Part shown: in pieces, positions 55,999 to 64,000 of the stretch
How the letters are laid out: each line of letters begins with the position of its first letter
Position numbering within the stretch: the first letter of the stretch is position 1
DNA from: Clostridiaceae bacterium
GTDB lineage: Bacteria; Cyanobacteriota; Vampirovibrionia; Gastranaerophilales; Gastranaerophilaceae
Length of the DNA stretch: 64,000 bases
Direction of reading: 5' to 3'
NCBI GenBank assembly: GCA_022641775.1
Contig: JALCDS010000005.1
Location: forward strand, 22,299-86,298
The notes under the pieces: generated by a model
Told to the model about the DNA's origin: nothing
What the model saw: the letters and a program-made list of their open reading frames with translations, nothing else
Database searches by the model: none
Made by a program: the position numbers and the translations under genes

Positions 55999-56970
55999 TT
56001 ACCCCTCACCACGTATTCTTGGATCAGTAATAATAAGCAGAATATCTGCAATTAAATTACCTGCAATCAACATTATTGCACCCATCATTAATGATGCCAT
56101 AACGAGATTTATATCCGATTTCAAAACAGCTTCCAATATCAACCGCCCGAGTCCTGGGTATTGGAATACGTATTCAGTAAGCGCTGCCCCACTCAGTAAT
56201 CCTGCAAATTCAAAACCCAAAAGGGTAATCAAAGGATTTATTGCATTTCTAAAAGCATGTTTACATATCACCTGAAACTCACTCAAACCTTTTGCTCTTG
56301 CGAATTTTACATAATCACTATCCAAAACATCCAACAAATTTGCTCTCATTTGACGCTGCAATCCCGCAAGTGAAATTGTAAACAAAACAGTTACAGGCAA
56401 TACCAAATGTCGAGTTAAATCCCAAAATTTTCCAAAAGTATTCATAGATGAAAAGTTTGAACTCGTCAAACCGCCTATCGGAAACCATCCTGTTTTTACC
56501 GCAAAAAGCAACAATAACACCGCAAAGAAAAACGATGGAATTGCCATTCCGATACTTGTCAAAACCGTCAATGCTCTGTCTAATGGAGTTTTCCAATTTA
56601 TTGCAGCAAGAATTCCCAATGGGATTCCGACAATCCACGTTAAAAAGATTACAATTATTGTTAAAAGCAAAGTATTTGGAATACGTTCTTTTAATTTTGT
56701 ACTAACCTGCTCACCGGAAGACGTTACCCCTAAATCACCTTTCACAAATGATTTTGCCCACAGTCCATATTGAACAATTATAGGTTTGTCCAGTCCCAAC
56801 CTTATTTTTTCTTTATTGATAGTCTCTTGTGAAATTGCAGGATTCAATCTCAATTCTGCCAACGGATCAACAGGACTTAAACGAATTATAAAAAAGCTTA
56901 TTAACGACACTATGACCAACAACGGTATCGTCTGCAAAATTCTTTTTAGTATGTATTTTAATATATCCAT
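55999..56970 (-). CDS. peptide/nickel ABC transporter permease (OppB/DppB type)
   Basis: MDILKYILKRILQTIPLL N-terminus and the EAA loop ARAKGLSEFQVICKHAFRNA. Confidence 0.85.
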   Translation of the reverse strand: MDILKYILKRILQTIPLLVIVSLISFFIIRLSPVDPLAELRLNPAISQETINKEKIRLGLDKPIIVQYGLWAKSFVKGDLGVTSSGEQVSTKLKERIPNTLLLTIIVIFLTWIVGIPLGILAAINWKTPLDRALTVLTSIGMAIPSFFFAVLLLLFAVKTGWFPIGGLTSSNFSSMNTFGKFWDLTRHLVLPVTVLFTISLAGLQRQMRANLLDVLDSDYVKFARAKGLSEFQVICKHAFRNAINPLITLLGFEFAGLLSGAALTEYVFQYPGLGRLILEAVLKSDINLVMASLMMGAIMLIAGNLIADILLIITDPRIRGEG

Positions 56971-58817
56971 TAGCGTTTTGCCTGTTCTTTTACATAGATT
57001 TCTTCTATATTATATGTGATTCCTTCCAATTCCGAAGGATAGATGTTTCCGAATTTTTTTCTAATTGCGGTAATTCTTATCGGTGAATAAAGATAAATAA
57101 ACGGTTTTTCATCATAAACTATCTTTTGATATTCATCATAATATTTTTTTCTTGCCTTAAAGTCAATAACAAGAGCACCTTCATTCATCAAATAGTCGAG
57201 TCGCTTTTCAAAAGTGAGTTTTGGAGAATTGTATTCGCTCGGTTGACGTTGGTTAAACAAATGCAAAGTGCCCGTAGACATCCAAACATTTTTACCGAGA
57301 TTAGGTTCAATCGGAGAACCTGTAAAACCCATTATTACCATATCCCAATCGGGTGTTGAGACAAGTTTATTGACAAGCGAATTAAATTCAATAGGTTTGA
57401 AATTGACTTTCATTCCTAAATCTTCAAGGTCTTGTTTAACCATAACACCTATTGCTTCACGTTCTGTATTTCCGGCATTTGTTAACAGGTCAAATTCAAC
57501 TCTATGCCCATTTTTATCAAACAATCGTCCTTTTTGCCAATAGAATCCGGATTTTTTTAACAATTCACGAGATTTGTTCAAATCTCTGTTATAAGGTTTT
57601 AAGGTTTTATTCAAATATATCGAATTCAATGGTTCCGGGGTAAATAACGGAGTTCCCAAACCGTTTGCCACATTTAATACCATATTTTTTCTATCAATTG
57701 CAAGGTCAACTGCACGACGGAAATTCAAATCTTGAAACCATTTTTGTTTTATCGGATTTACGTAATACTTACCTTTTGAATCCTTCCTCGTATTCAAATT
57801 CATTGAAAGGTACATTGTACCAGTGTCTGGACCAAGATTGTAGATTTTGTAATCAGAATGTTTTTCGCGATCTTTGAAACGTGCCACATTAGCACCTTGA
57901 AGACCTATAACATCAAGTTCTCCGCCTTCAAACTTCAAAACTTCATTATTAATATCTCCTACTATCAAATAAACCAGCCTATCCAAGTATGGTAATCTTT
58001 TATCTTTTTTATTTATTTCATAATAGTTAGGATTACGAACAAAAACCACGCGTTGTGCCGGAATATACTCTTTTAATTTAAAAGCACCTGATACTACAAA
58101 TTTATCGGGATTTGTATTCGTCGAGAAAAATGTATCAAAATATGGTTTGCCACGTCTTACTGCAGGCAAAAATACATGTTTAGGCGCAATCGGAGTTGAT
58201 AACATTCTCAAAAATGGTGCAAAAGGCTTTGGTGTCGTAAATTCTACCGTATATTTATCGATTTTTTTTACAGTAGGAAGTTGTCCATCAATTACCATAG
58301 AATCACGAGTTGAAGTATTACCAAAACCTGCAAAAATAATGTCCCGCCAAGTAAAAACCACATCATCAGCCGTAATTGGTGTGCCATCAGACCATTTTAT
58401 GCCGTGTCTTAAATGAATTATATAATTGTTTCCATTTATTTCGTATGATTTCGCTAATTTGGGAATAACTTCACCTGTAAAAGGATGAGTTGTCAAAAGT
58501 CCATCATACATTGCTTCTGTCATAGTACCGGAAATATTATCATTCACATTAAAAGGGTTAAAAGTTTTAGGACCTTCCCCAATAGTAGAAGCAACAATTT
58601 CACCACCGAATTTGCCAATCGGACTTTGAGTTTGCAGAAAATCAACTCCATCAATAGTAACGGTTTTTTGATTGTCAGGATAGTCAACGTTATCAGCATC
58701 AGATATTTCGGTTGATGTTTTGACATAAGGTATCGGAACATCGCGTCTTATACAAGCCTTTGCTAAAATAAGACAACCAATTATTGCTAATATTAAATAA
58801 CCTACCCCTTTTTTCAT
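56970..58817 (-). CDS. ABC transporter substrate-binding lipoprotein, family 5 (OppA-like)
   Basis: Lipobox LILAKAC. 615 aa, with an SBP_bac_5-like sequence. Confidence 0.85.
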   Translation of the reverse strand: MKKGVGYLILAIIGCLILAKACIRRDVPIPYVKTSTEISDADNVDYPDNQKTVTIDGVDFLQTQSPIGKFGGEIVASTIGEGPKTFNPFNVNDNISGTMTEAMYDGLLTTHPFTGEVIPKLAKSYEINGNNYIIHLRHGIKWSDGTPITADDVVFTWRDIIFAGFGNTSTRDSMVIDGQLPTVKKIDKYTVEFTTPKPFAPFLRMLSTPIAPKHVFLPAVRRGKPYFDTFFSTNTNPDKFVVSGAFKLKEYIPAQRVVFVRNPNYYEINKKDKRLPYLDRLVYLIVGDINNEVLKFEGGELDVIGLQGANVARFKDREKHSDYKIYNLGPDTGTMYLSMNLNTRKDSKGKYYVNPIKQKWFQDLNFRRAVDLAIDRKNMVLNVANGLGTPLFTPEPLNSIYLNKTLKPYNRDLNKSRELLKKSGFYWQKGRLFDKNGHRVEFDLLTNAGNTEREAIGVMVKQDLEDLGMKVNFKPIEFNSLVNKLVSTPDWDMVIMGFTGSPIEPNLGKNVWMSTGTLHLFNQRQPSEYNSPKLTFEKRLDYLMNEGALVIDFKARKKYYDEYQKIVYDEKPFIYLYSPIRITAIRKKFGNIYPSELEGITYNIEEIYVKEQAKR

Positions 58818-58871
58818 AGAATTAGTTTAACATAGAAAAAAAAATTTAGTTATAGGAAGTAAGGTAAAATT

Positions 58872-59660
58872 TTATTCAAAACTTTCAGCAACATAGCGTT
58901 TAATATCTTTTATCAAATTTGAACGTTTATGTTCATATATGTATTTTCCGAGTGGATGTTTGTCGTAAAAATATTTACGGTTACGTTCAAATATTTCATT
59001 TTTATTCTTCAAAGCATTGCATGAAGTACTGTGATTGTGAAATACAAAAGTTCTATTATCATAAATGCATTTGTATCCTAAATACAAACATCTGAAGGAC
59101 AAATCGTTATCCTCAAAATATGCAGGAGTATAATTTTCATCAAACAACCCGACCTTGTTTAAAACTTCTGTTTTCATAAGAACACAACAAAAATACGGAG
59201 TGACTACTTCTCTAATATTATTTTTAAATTTTGATAAGAATTTTTTGTAACCATCAAGATAATTTTCAACCGTTAACTTACACTTATCATTAATTCTCGG
59301 TGAAACCATTCCTATTTTATTGTCAGAATCCAGTGTTCTTTCTAAATCCTCCAGCCAATCTGGAGTAAACAAAATATCATTATTCAAAAGCCCGACAAAT
59401 TCATAATCACCTTTTAATGCCTCTTTTAATCCGATATTGTTCCCTTTTGAATAACCTTCATTTTTGTCATTAAAAATAACTTTTACGTTATCTTTTTCAG
59501 TTTGTAATTGAGTTAAAAATTCCTTTGTTCCATCAGTTGAAGCATTATCAACAATTATCAAATCAAAATCTTTTGTAAAACGGTAAAGAGAATCAATAAA
59601 AGGCTTTGTCGCACTTTCAAGCTGATTAAATGTTAAAGTTATAATAACAGATTTGTTCAT
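58872..59660 (-). CDS. family 2 glycosyltransferase
   Basis: VIITLTFNQ...IIVDNASTDGT...LLNNDI pattern (DxD-type GT-A). Confidence 0.8.
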   Translation of the reverse strand: MNKSVIITLTFNQLESATKPFIDSLYRFTKDFDLIIVDNASTDGTKEFLTQLQTEKDNVKVIFNDKNEGYSKGNNIGLKEALKGDYEFVGLLNNDILFTPDWLEDLERTLDSDNKIGMVSPRINDKCKLTVENYLDGYKKFLSKFKNNIREVVTPYFCCVLMKTEVLNKVGLFDENYTPAYFEDNDLSFRCLYLGYKCIYDNRTFVFHNHSTSCNALKNKNEIFERNRKYFYDKHPLGKYIYEHKRSNLIKDIKRYVAESFE

Positions 59661-59663
59661 AAA

Positions 59664-60563
59664 TCAGTCCTTACTAAAAAATCTTTTTCTAATATCACGG
59701 AAAGTAAATCTCTTTAGTTTTTTGGGAATAGAATCCATACATTGTTTATAATCCCTCGGGATATGATGTCTTCGCCAAGGTTTTCCCATATCTCCTGCAT
59801 AATGAACAAATACAACATCTTTCCTTGCATTTTCTAAATCTTCTACAGAATAAATTCCTTTTAAAAATCCATATTCTGCAGCTTTCGTTACATCTTCATT
59901 GCACATTACACTTTGAAATGTACCATAAGTAAAAGGCAAAGGTTTTATATTGTCTAATGCAATATTCAAAACATCCAAGTCAAAGAAACATAAACGCTTG
60001 TCTATAGTTTTTATAGTATCAAAGAACTTTTGAACAATATTTTCTTTTCTCATTTTTTCTAAATTAAATACAATAAAACTTGAAATATAAATCCACTTAT
60101 TTTTATTTTCCGGAAAATATTTGTGGCAAATAGTATTTGGTGAATTCACCTCAACAGGAACTGCAGCTATTTCATAATCAGTCAAATCTGTATTATATAC
60201 CTCAGTCAAATCACCTTTAAATAAAACATCCACATCAACATAAATAGCTTTATCATAATCCTTCAACAATTCAGGTGCTAAAAGTCTGTAATAAACAATT
60301 TCTGTCCAACTTCCGTTGTTTTTAGGCGCACCTTCAAACCTTTTAGGATCAATATAAATAAAAGAAATTTCATGCCGGCCGGATTTTTCAACCATATTTT
60401 TCAATTCATTCATATCTGAATTGCTCAAATCAGGATAAAAAACGAATATATGATAACTGGTATCAGGATTTGCACAGTCTATCAAACTTTTTATCGCAAC
60501 AGTAGCACCAAGAATAATTCTTTTATCAAATGTAAATATTACAGGGATTTTATTCATTATCAA
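59664..60563 (-). CDS. family 8 glycosyltransferase (LPS glycosyltransferase-like)
   Basis: YYRLLAPELL...KAIYVDVDVLF (DxD) and HYAG..KPW motifs. Confidence 0.8.
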   Translation of the reverse strand: MIMNKIPVIFTFDKRIILGATVAIKSLIDCANPDTSYHIFVFYPDLSNSDMNELKNMVEKSGRHEISFIYIDPKRFEGAPKNNGSWTEIVYYRLLAPELLKDYDKAIYVDVDVLFKGDLTEVYNTDLTDYEIAAVPVEVNSPNTICHKYFPENKNKWIYISSFIVFNLEKMRKENIVQKFFDTIKTIDKRLCFFDLDVLNIALDNIKPLPFTYGTFQSVMCNEDVTKAAEYGFLKGIYSVEDLENARKDVVFVHYAGDMGKPWRRHHIPRDYKQCMDSIPKKLKRFTFRDIRKRFFSKD

Positions 60564-61662
60564 TCAACTTCCTCAAATTCTCTCTTGAACGATTGTACAA
60601 GGATTTAGTGAAATTTGCAAGGTCATCTTGAAGCAAAGTGTATTCTTCTGGAGTCATCTTTATAGCCTTTTGCATAGCCTTTGATAAGTCTTCATTTCCT
60701 TCATATAAAATACTGTTTTTATCTGTAAATCCGTTTACATTCGCAAATTTTTCAGCCATAACTGCAGGTGTTTTAAAACCATAAATCAATTGAAAACTTC
60801 CACTTGTACTTGTGGTAATAGTATTTTCATGTTCTTTATTCTCAACATCCAAAAGCGGAAGGAAAAAATCAGCTTTTTCCATCTCTTTATACATATCAGA
60901 AAAATTCAAACGTCCTTTTATATCAAAATATTTGTGTAAACTTGTCGGAAAATGTTTGATTGATCCTTTTCCAACAACCGTAATTTTAAAATTTTCAAAT
61001 CCTTTTTCTTGTAGTTCTTGAACTGCTGCAACCAACATATCCGTATTACGACGATTTGCTCTTAAAGCTCCGATTACAATAAAATTCGTTATATCAGAAT
61101 TTTTTTGCGTAATTTCTACTTTTCCAAAATAATGAGGATTAACTTCAACAGTTGTAGCACCGTTATAGTTCATTTTACGAAGTGTTATTATTTTTTCACC
61201 ATTCGGAATATAATCAAATACAGTGGCGGAATGTTCAACTTTCAAAACTCTTTGATGGGGGAGTTTTTTGCTCGTAAATTCATACTGCTCATCTCTTTCA
61301 ACTCCACCTGTTGTAATCATTATCCCTTTTGCATTTTCAATCCCGTAATATTTAAAAAACTTTTTAGCTTCTTTTTTAGTCAACTTGTTAACTATCAAAT
61401 TGCTATTATTTTCAAATCTTGAAAACAACCCTTCATTTGATTCTACAGGTGAATACAAAACAGAAACTTTGTAACCCAAATCCAACAAATATTTTGCAAA
61501 CCCCGGAACGACTTCTGCATGGTTTGAACTGCAAGGTTCCCAAACAAAAAATGTATTTTCATCAAATACAGGTTTTTTTACTCTTACCATAAATATCGGT
61601 AAAAATCCAAATAAAAGCCCAGTTTCATAACCATTTTTAAATCTTCTTTTTACAAGTTTCAA
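60550..61662 (-). CDS. GT-B fold (GT1/GT4-like) glycosyltransferase
   Basis: C-terminal half: F.IVGKG...G.....M...ADFFL.PL....E...... pattern. The N-terminal half is divergent. Confidence 0.5.
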   Translation of the reverse strand: MKLVKRRFKNGYETGLLFGFLPIFMVRVKKPVFDENTFFVWEPCSSNHAEVVPGFAKYLLDLGYKVSVLYSPVESNEGLFSRFENNSNLIVNKLTKKEAKKFFKYYGIENAKGIMITTGGVERDEQYEFTSKKLPHQRVLKVEHSATVFDYIPNGEKIITLRKMNYNGATTVEVNPHYFGKVEITQKNSDITNFIVIGALRANRRNTDMLVAAVQELQEKGFENFKITVVGKGSIKHFPTSLHKYFDIKGRLNFSDMYKEMEKADFFLPLLDVENKEHENTITTSTSGSFQLIYGFKTPAVMAEKFANVNGFTDKNSILYEGNEDLSKAMQKAIKMTPEEYTLLQDDLANFTKSLYNRSRENLRKLIDNE

Positions 61663-61664
61663 TA

Positions 61665-62765
61665 TTATTCTCCCATCAAATCCTTTATGTTCTTCAAAAC
61701 ATTATCTACATTTGGAAGTTTTGTGCACAAATTTTGTTCCTTTCCCGCCAAAAAGCATTTCCTTTTATGACAAGGCTGGCAAGGTAAATGCCCGCTCAAA
61801 GCTCTGTATTTCATCTTATCCCCGACAGGTGCATATAATGATTTTGGAGTACAACAAAAAATAGTAATGATTTTAGGAACTTGTGTAGCCCAAGCAAGAT
61901 GAGTACTTCCAGAATCCAATGATAACAACAAATCCGTATGTCTGAATAATTCAATCAGCTCTTTCAAATTTGTTTTACCTGCAAGATTTATATGTCTGTC
62001 ACCACCGATATATTTTATAAGATCATTATCTTTGTCTGTTCCTGTAAAAATCAAATTATATTTATCTTCAATTTTTGCAATTAATTCCCGCCAGTTGTTG
62101 CGTGCCCAATGTTTTGGCGCCCAAGTTGTAGCAGGAGCGACAACAACAATAGGTTTTGTTGTATCAATTTCTTTTAAAATTTCCTGTATTTTTTCTTTTG
62201 CCTCTTGGGATGAATCAGGCAAAGTAACTTCAATATTTGATGTATCCAAGCCCAAATAGTCAGCAAACCTCAAATAATTTTTGATAGCAGAAGTTGTTTT
62301 GTCTTTGTTAATAGCTTCAATCCACTCATTTCCGCCAAACATAGACAATTCCCTTGCATTTTTGGCAACTATTCTTCTTTTTGCACCGGAAAATATATTA
62401 AAATACATACTTTTTATCAACATTTGAGTATCAATTACGATATCAAACTTTTCCGCACGTATTTGTTTCATAATTTCTATATACTCTCGGAAACTTTCGA
62501 GAGAAAATCCTCTTTTTTTCCACAAACCCATAGGTGCAAGAATTGTATTATCAACACACGAATTATCTTTTATGACATCATAACCTTTTTCTGAGACAAG
62601 CCACGTAACTTCATAACCGTTGCGTTTCAAAACGTTTGCAAGCGGAATATTAAAGATGCAATCTCCTAATGAAGACAACCTTATTAATAAAACTTTTTTA
62701 CTCAAAACGACCCCTTTTTCTTCTATTCTATGACATAAAGGGTTTCTGTCAAATTTTTTGAGCAT
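61665..62765 (-). CDS. family 9 glycosyltransferase (LPS heptosyltransferase-like)
   Basis: VLLIRLSSLGDCIFNIPLA N-terminal signature and DSGSTHLAWA block. Confidence 0.85.
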   Translation of the reverse strand: MLKKFDRNPLCHRIEEKGVVLSKKVLLIRLSSLGDCIFNIPLANVLKRNGYEVTWLVSEKGYDVIKDNSCVDNTILAPMGLWKKRGFSLESFREYIEIMKQIRAEKFDIVIDTQMLIKSMYFNIFSGAKRRIVAKNARELSMFGGNEWIEAINKDKTTSAIKNYLRFADYLGLDTSNIEVTLPDSSQEAKEKIQEILKEIDTTKPIVVVAPATTWAPKHWARNNWRELIAKIEDKYNLIFTGTDKDNDLIKYIGGDRHINLAGKTNLKELIELFRHTDLLLSLDSGSTHLAWATQVPKIITIFCCTPKSLYAPVGDKMKYRALSGHLPCQPCHKRKCFLAGKEQNLCTKLPNVDNVLKNIKDLMGE

Positions 62766-63291
62766 ACATCATCTCTTTAATTTTATTAAAATGCTCGATA
62801 TTTCTAAATTTTATAATCTTAGCTGGATTTCCACCAACAATTGAATACGGCCTAACTACACCATGAACCACAGCACCAGCTTGAATAACCGCACCTTCAC
62901 CAATGTGTGTTCCTGGAAGAATAATACAATGGGCTCCCAACCACACAAAATCTTCAATTATTACACCCTTTTTTATATCCTCACCACCATAAGGCAATAA
63001 ATCACCTTCATAATTATGGCTAGAAGAAATAATTAAGCTGCCAAAGCCCCCAACAAAATAATTACCTATAATTACATTTGCATTCCCTACTACTTGTAAA
63101 CCATTAAAAAAAACATTATTACCAATATAAGTAAATTTATTTACGGTTGAAAATTTATTACAGTTAAAATTTTGACCGATTGACATTGCATTAAATGTTA
63201 TTTGGATTGAATAAAAGAATTTCCTGAATTTTACACGTAAACTTCTTATCGGGATTAAACATGATAATAGTTTTATAAGCATAAATATCAA
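62749..63291 (-). CDS. hexapeptide-repeat (LbH) acetyltransferase
   Basis: IGNNVFF..LQVVGNANVIIGN...VWLGAHCIILPGTHIGEGAVIQAGAVV repeats. Confidence 0.75.
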   Translation of the reverse strand: MIFMLIKLLSCLIPIRSLRVKFRKFFYSIQITFNAMSIGQNFNCNKFSTVNKFTYIGNNVFFNGLQVVGNANVIIGNYFVGGFGSLIISSSHNYEGDLLPYGGEDIKKGVIIEDFVWLGAHCIILPGTHIGEGAVIQAGAVVHGVVRPYSIVGGNPAKIIKFRNIEHFNKIKEMMYAQKI

Positions 63292-63473
63292 TATCTCCTA
63301 AATTTACTTATAAACGGTACTACTAAGTTCTATTCATAAGTATTACTCTAATATACACAAATAAGGTAATATAAAATAGGGATATTGTCAATATAAATAT
63401 CAATGTCAAAAGACGTTTGTAAATATGAATGTTACTTGTAATATTCAAAAAGGTACTAAAAAAAGTTAAGGTT

Positions 63474-63797
63474 ATGGATAAACTATATATAGGGAAAAAA
63501 ATAAAATCATTCCGGAAGCAAAGAGGAATTACTCAATGTGAACTTGCAGAATTAGTAGGAATTCATGAGAAACAAATGTCCAGAATTGAAAATGGCGTTA
63601 ATTTCCCTACTTTTGATAATTTTATAAAAATAATTTCAATATTAAAAATGTCTTTTTCTGATTTTGATAATATAAATTCCATAGAAGATAATTCATTAAA
63701 GGCCAAAGCTCACAAAATCATCAACAGAGCAAACGATAAAGAAATCAAGTGCTATGTATCCATTTTAGATGAATTACAAAAAGCATTTAATTCATAG
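63474..63797 (+). CDS. XRE-family helix-turn-helix regulator with C-terminal extension
   Basis: IKSFRKQRGITQCELAELVGIHEKQMSRIENG. ATG 63474 lies behind AAGG. Confidence 0.75.
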   Translation: MDKLYIGKKIKSFRKQRGITQCELAELVGIHEKQMSRIENGVNFPTFDNFIKIISILKMSFSDFDNINSIEDNSLKAKAHKIINRANDKEIKCYVSILDELQKAFNS

Positions 63798-64000
63798 CTA
63801 TTTTCTTACACAAATGCGTTCCAAATGCCTTACAAATCTTGTCGGCAAATTTTCTGTATCTGCGGTGATTGAATCCACAAGGATTGTTTTACAACCCATA
63901 AGTTTTCCACACCAAATATCTGTCAAAGGTCTATCTCCGACCAAAACTGTAGATTTGCAATCATAACCTTGATTTTTCAAAAATTCTTTAGCACGTTTCG
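63798..64000 (-). CDS. YqeG-type HAD-IIIA phosphatase (N-terminus beyond window edge)
   Basis: C-terminal block VLVGDRPLTDIWCGKLMGCKTILV. The ORF is open to the window end. Confidence 0.65.
   Translation of the reverse strand, partial: KRAKEFLKNQGYDCKSTVLVGDRPLTDIWCGKLMGCKTILVDSITADTENLPTRFVRHLERICVRK

Noticed and set aside
1-64000. Looked for CRISPR arrays, rRNA genes, IS elements or transposases, integrases, prophage blocks and long tandem repeats.
   Set aside because: None was seen. The only repeat of note is the 17-nt tRNA 3'-end duplication. The intergenic regions are short and unique.

Overview
This is a visibly AT-rich chromosomal segment (G+C not computed) that looks like it comes from a diderm, fermentative anaerobe. 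It holds about 70 tightly packed genes and one tRNA. I saw no rRNA, CRISPR array, transposase or integrase.

Recognisable blocks:
1. A redox, stress and detoxification island at about 2.5-13 kb. It contains ldh, hcp with a divergent Crp/Fnr regulator, an ArsR-type repressor next to a CoADR-rhodanese-TusA-DsrE fusion, arsR-acr3-arsP, a flavoprotein, an ABM protein, MarR and a NifX-like protein.
2. Envelope and LPS genes scattered through the window. These are the lpxB-lpxI-aldolase-LptD-like operon next to an M23 peptidase, the MlaD-lpxK-nth operon, and a core-oligosaccharide cluster of GT2, GT8, GT-B, GT9 and an acetyltransferase.
3. Fermentative energy metabolism: a HydABC-type [FeFe] hydrogenase and PFOR.
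4. ComEC, an Opp-type ABC importer without ATPase genes, MgtC, two XRE regulators, and the edge fragments (a Zn-PLC-like gene and a YqeG-type HAD).

The gene content would fit a gut-type Melainabacteria-like or similar lineage. That is inference and needs a database search.

Main hunt results:
- At least 7 unlinked ORFs share an N/Q/S/T-rich N-terminal leader with no Sec-type hydrophobic core, ending in a (V/I/P/T)-(S/N/P)-F-x-G motif (two carry the shorter V-N-F-G form, without the x). They include the Zn-PLC, a lytic transglycosylase, an HExxH peptidase, an RSH-like protein, a small cationic peptide and membrane proteins. Two further ORFs, including a second HExxH peptidase, carry weaker variants. 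In the PLC-like protein, cleavage after the Gly would expose the N-terminal Trp that this enzyme family needs as a zinc ligand. I propose this is an undescribed leader or processing signal.
- tRNA-Gly(CCC) is followed, before any terminator, by a G+C-rich structured segment of about 185 nt. That segment ends in a second copy of the tRNA 3' end plus an encoded CCA.
- A perfect 40-bp palindrome carries two overlapping divergent promoters in front of the sulfur-transfer fusion gene.
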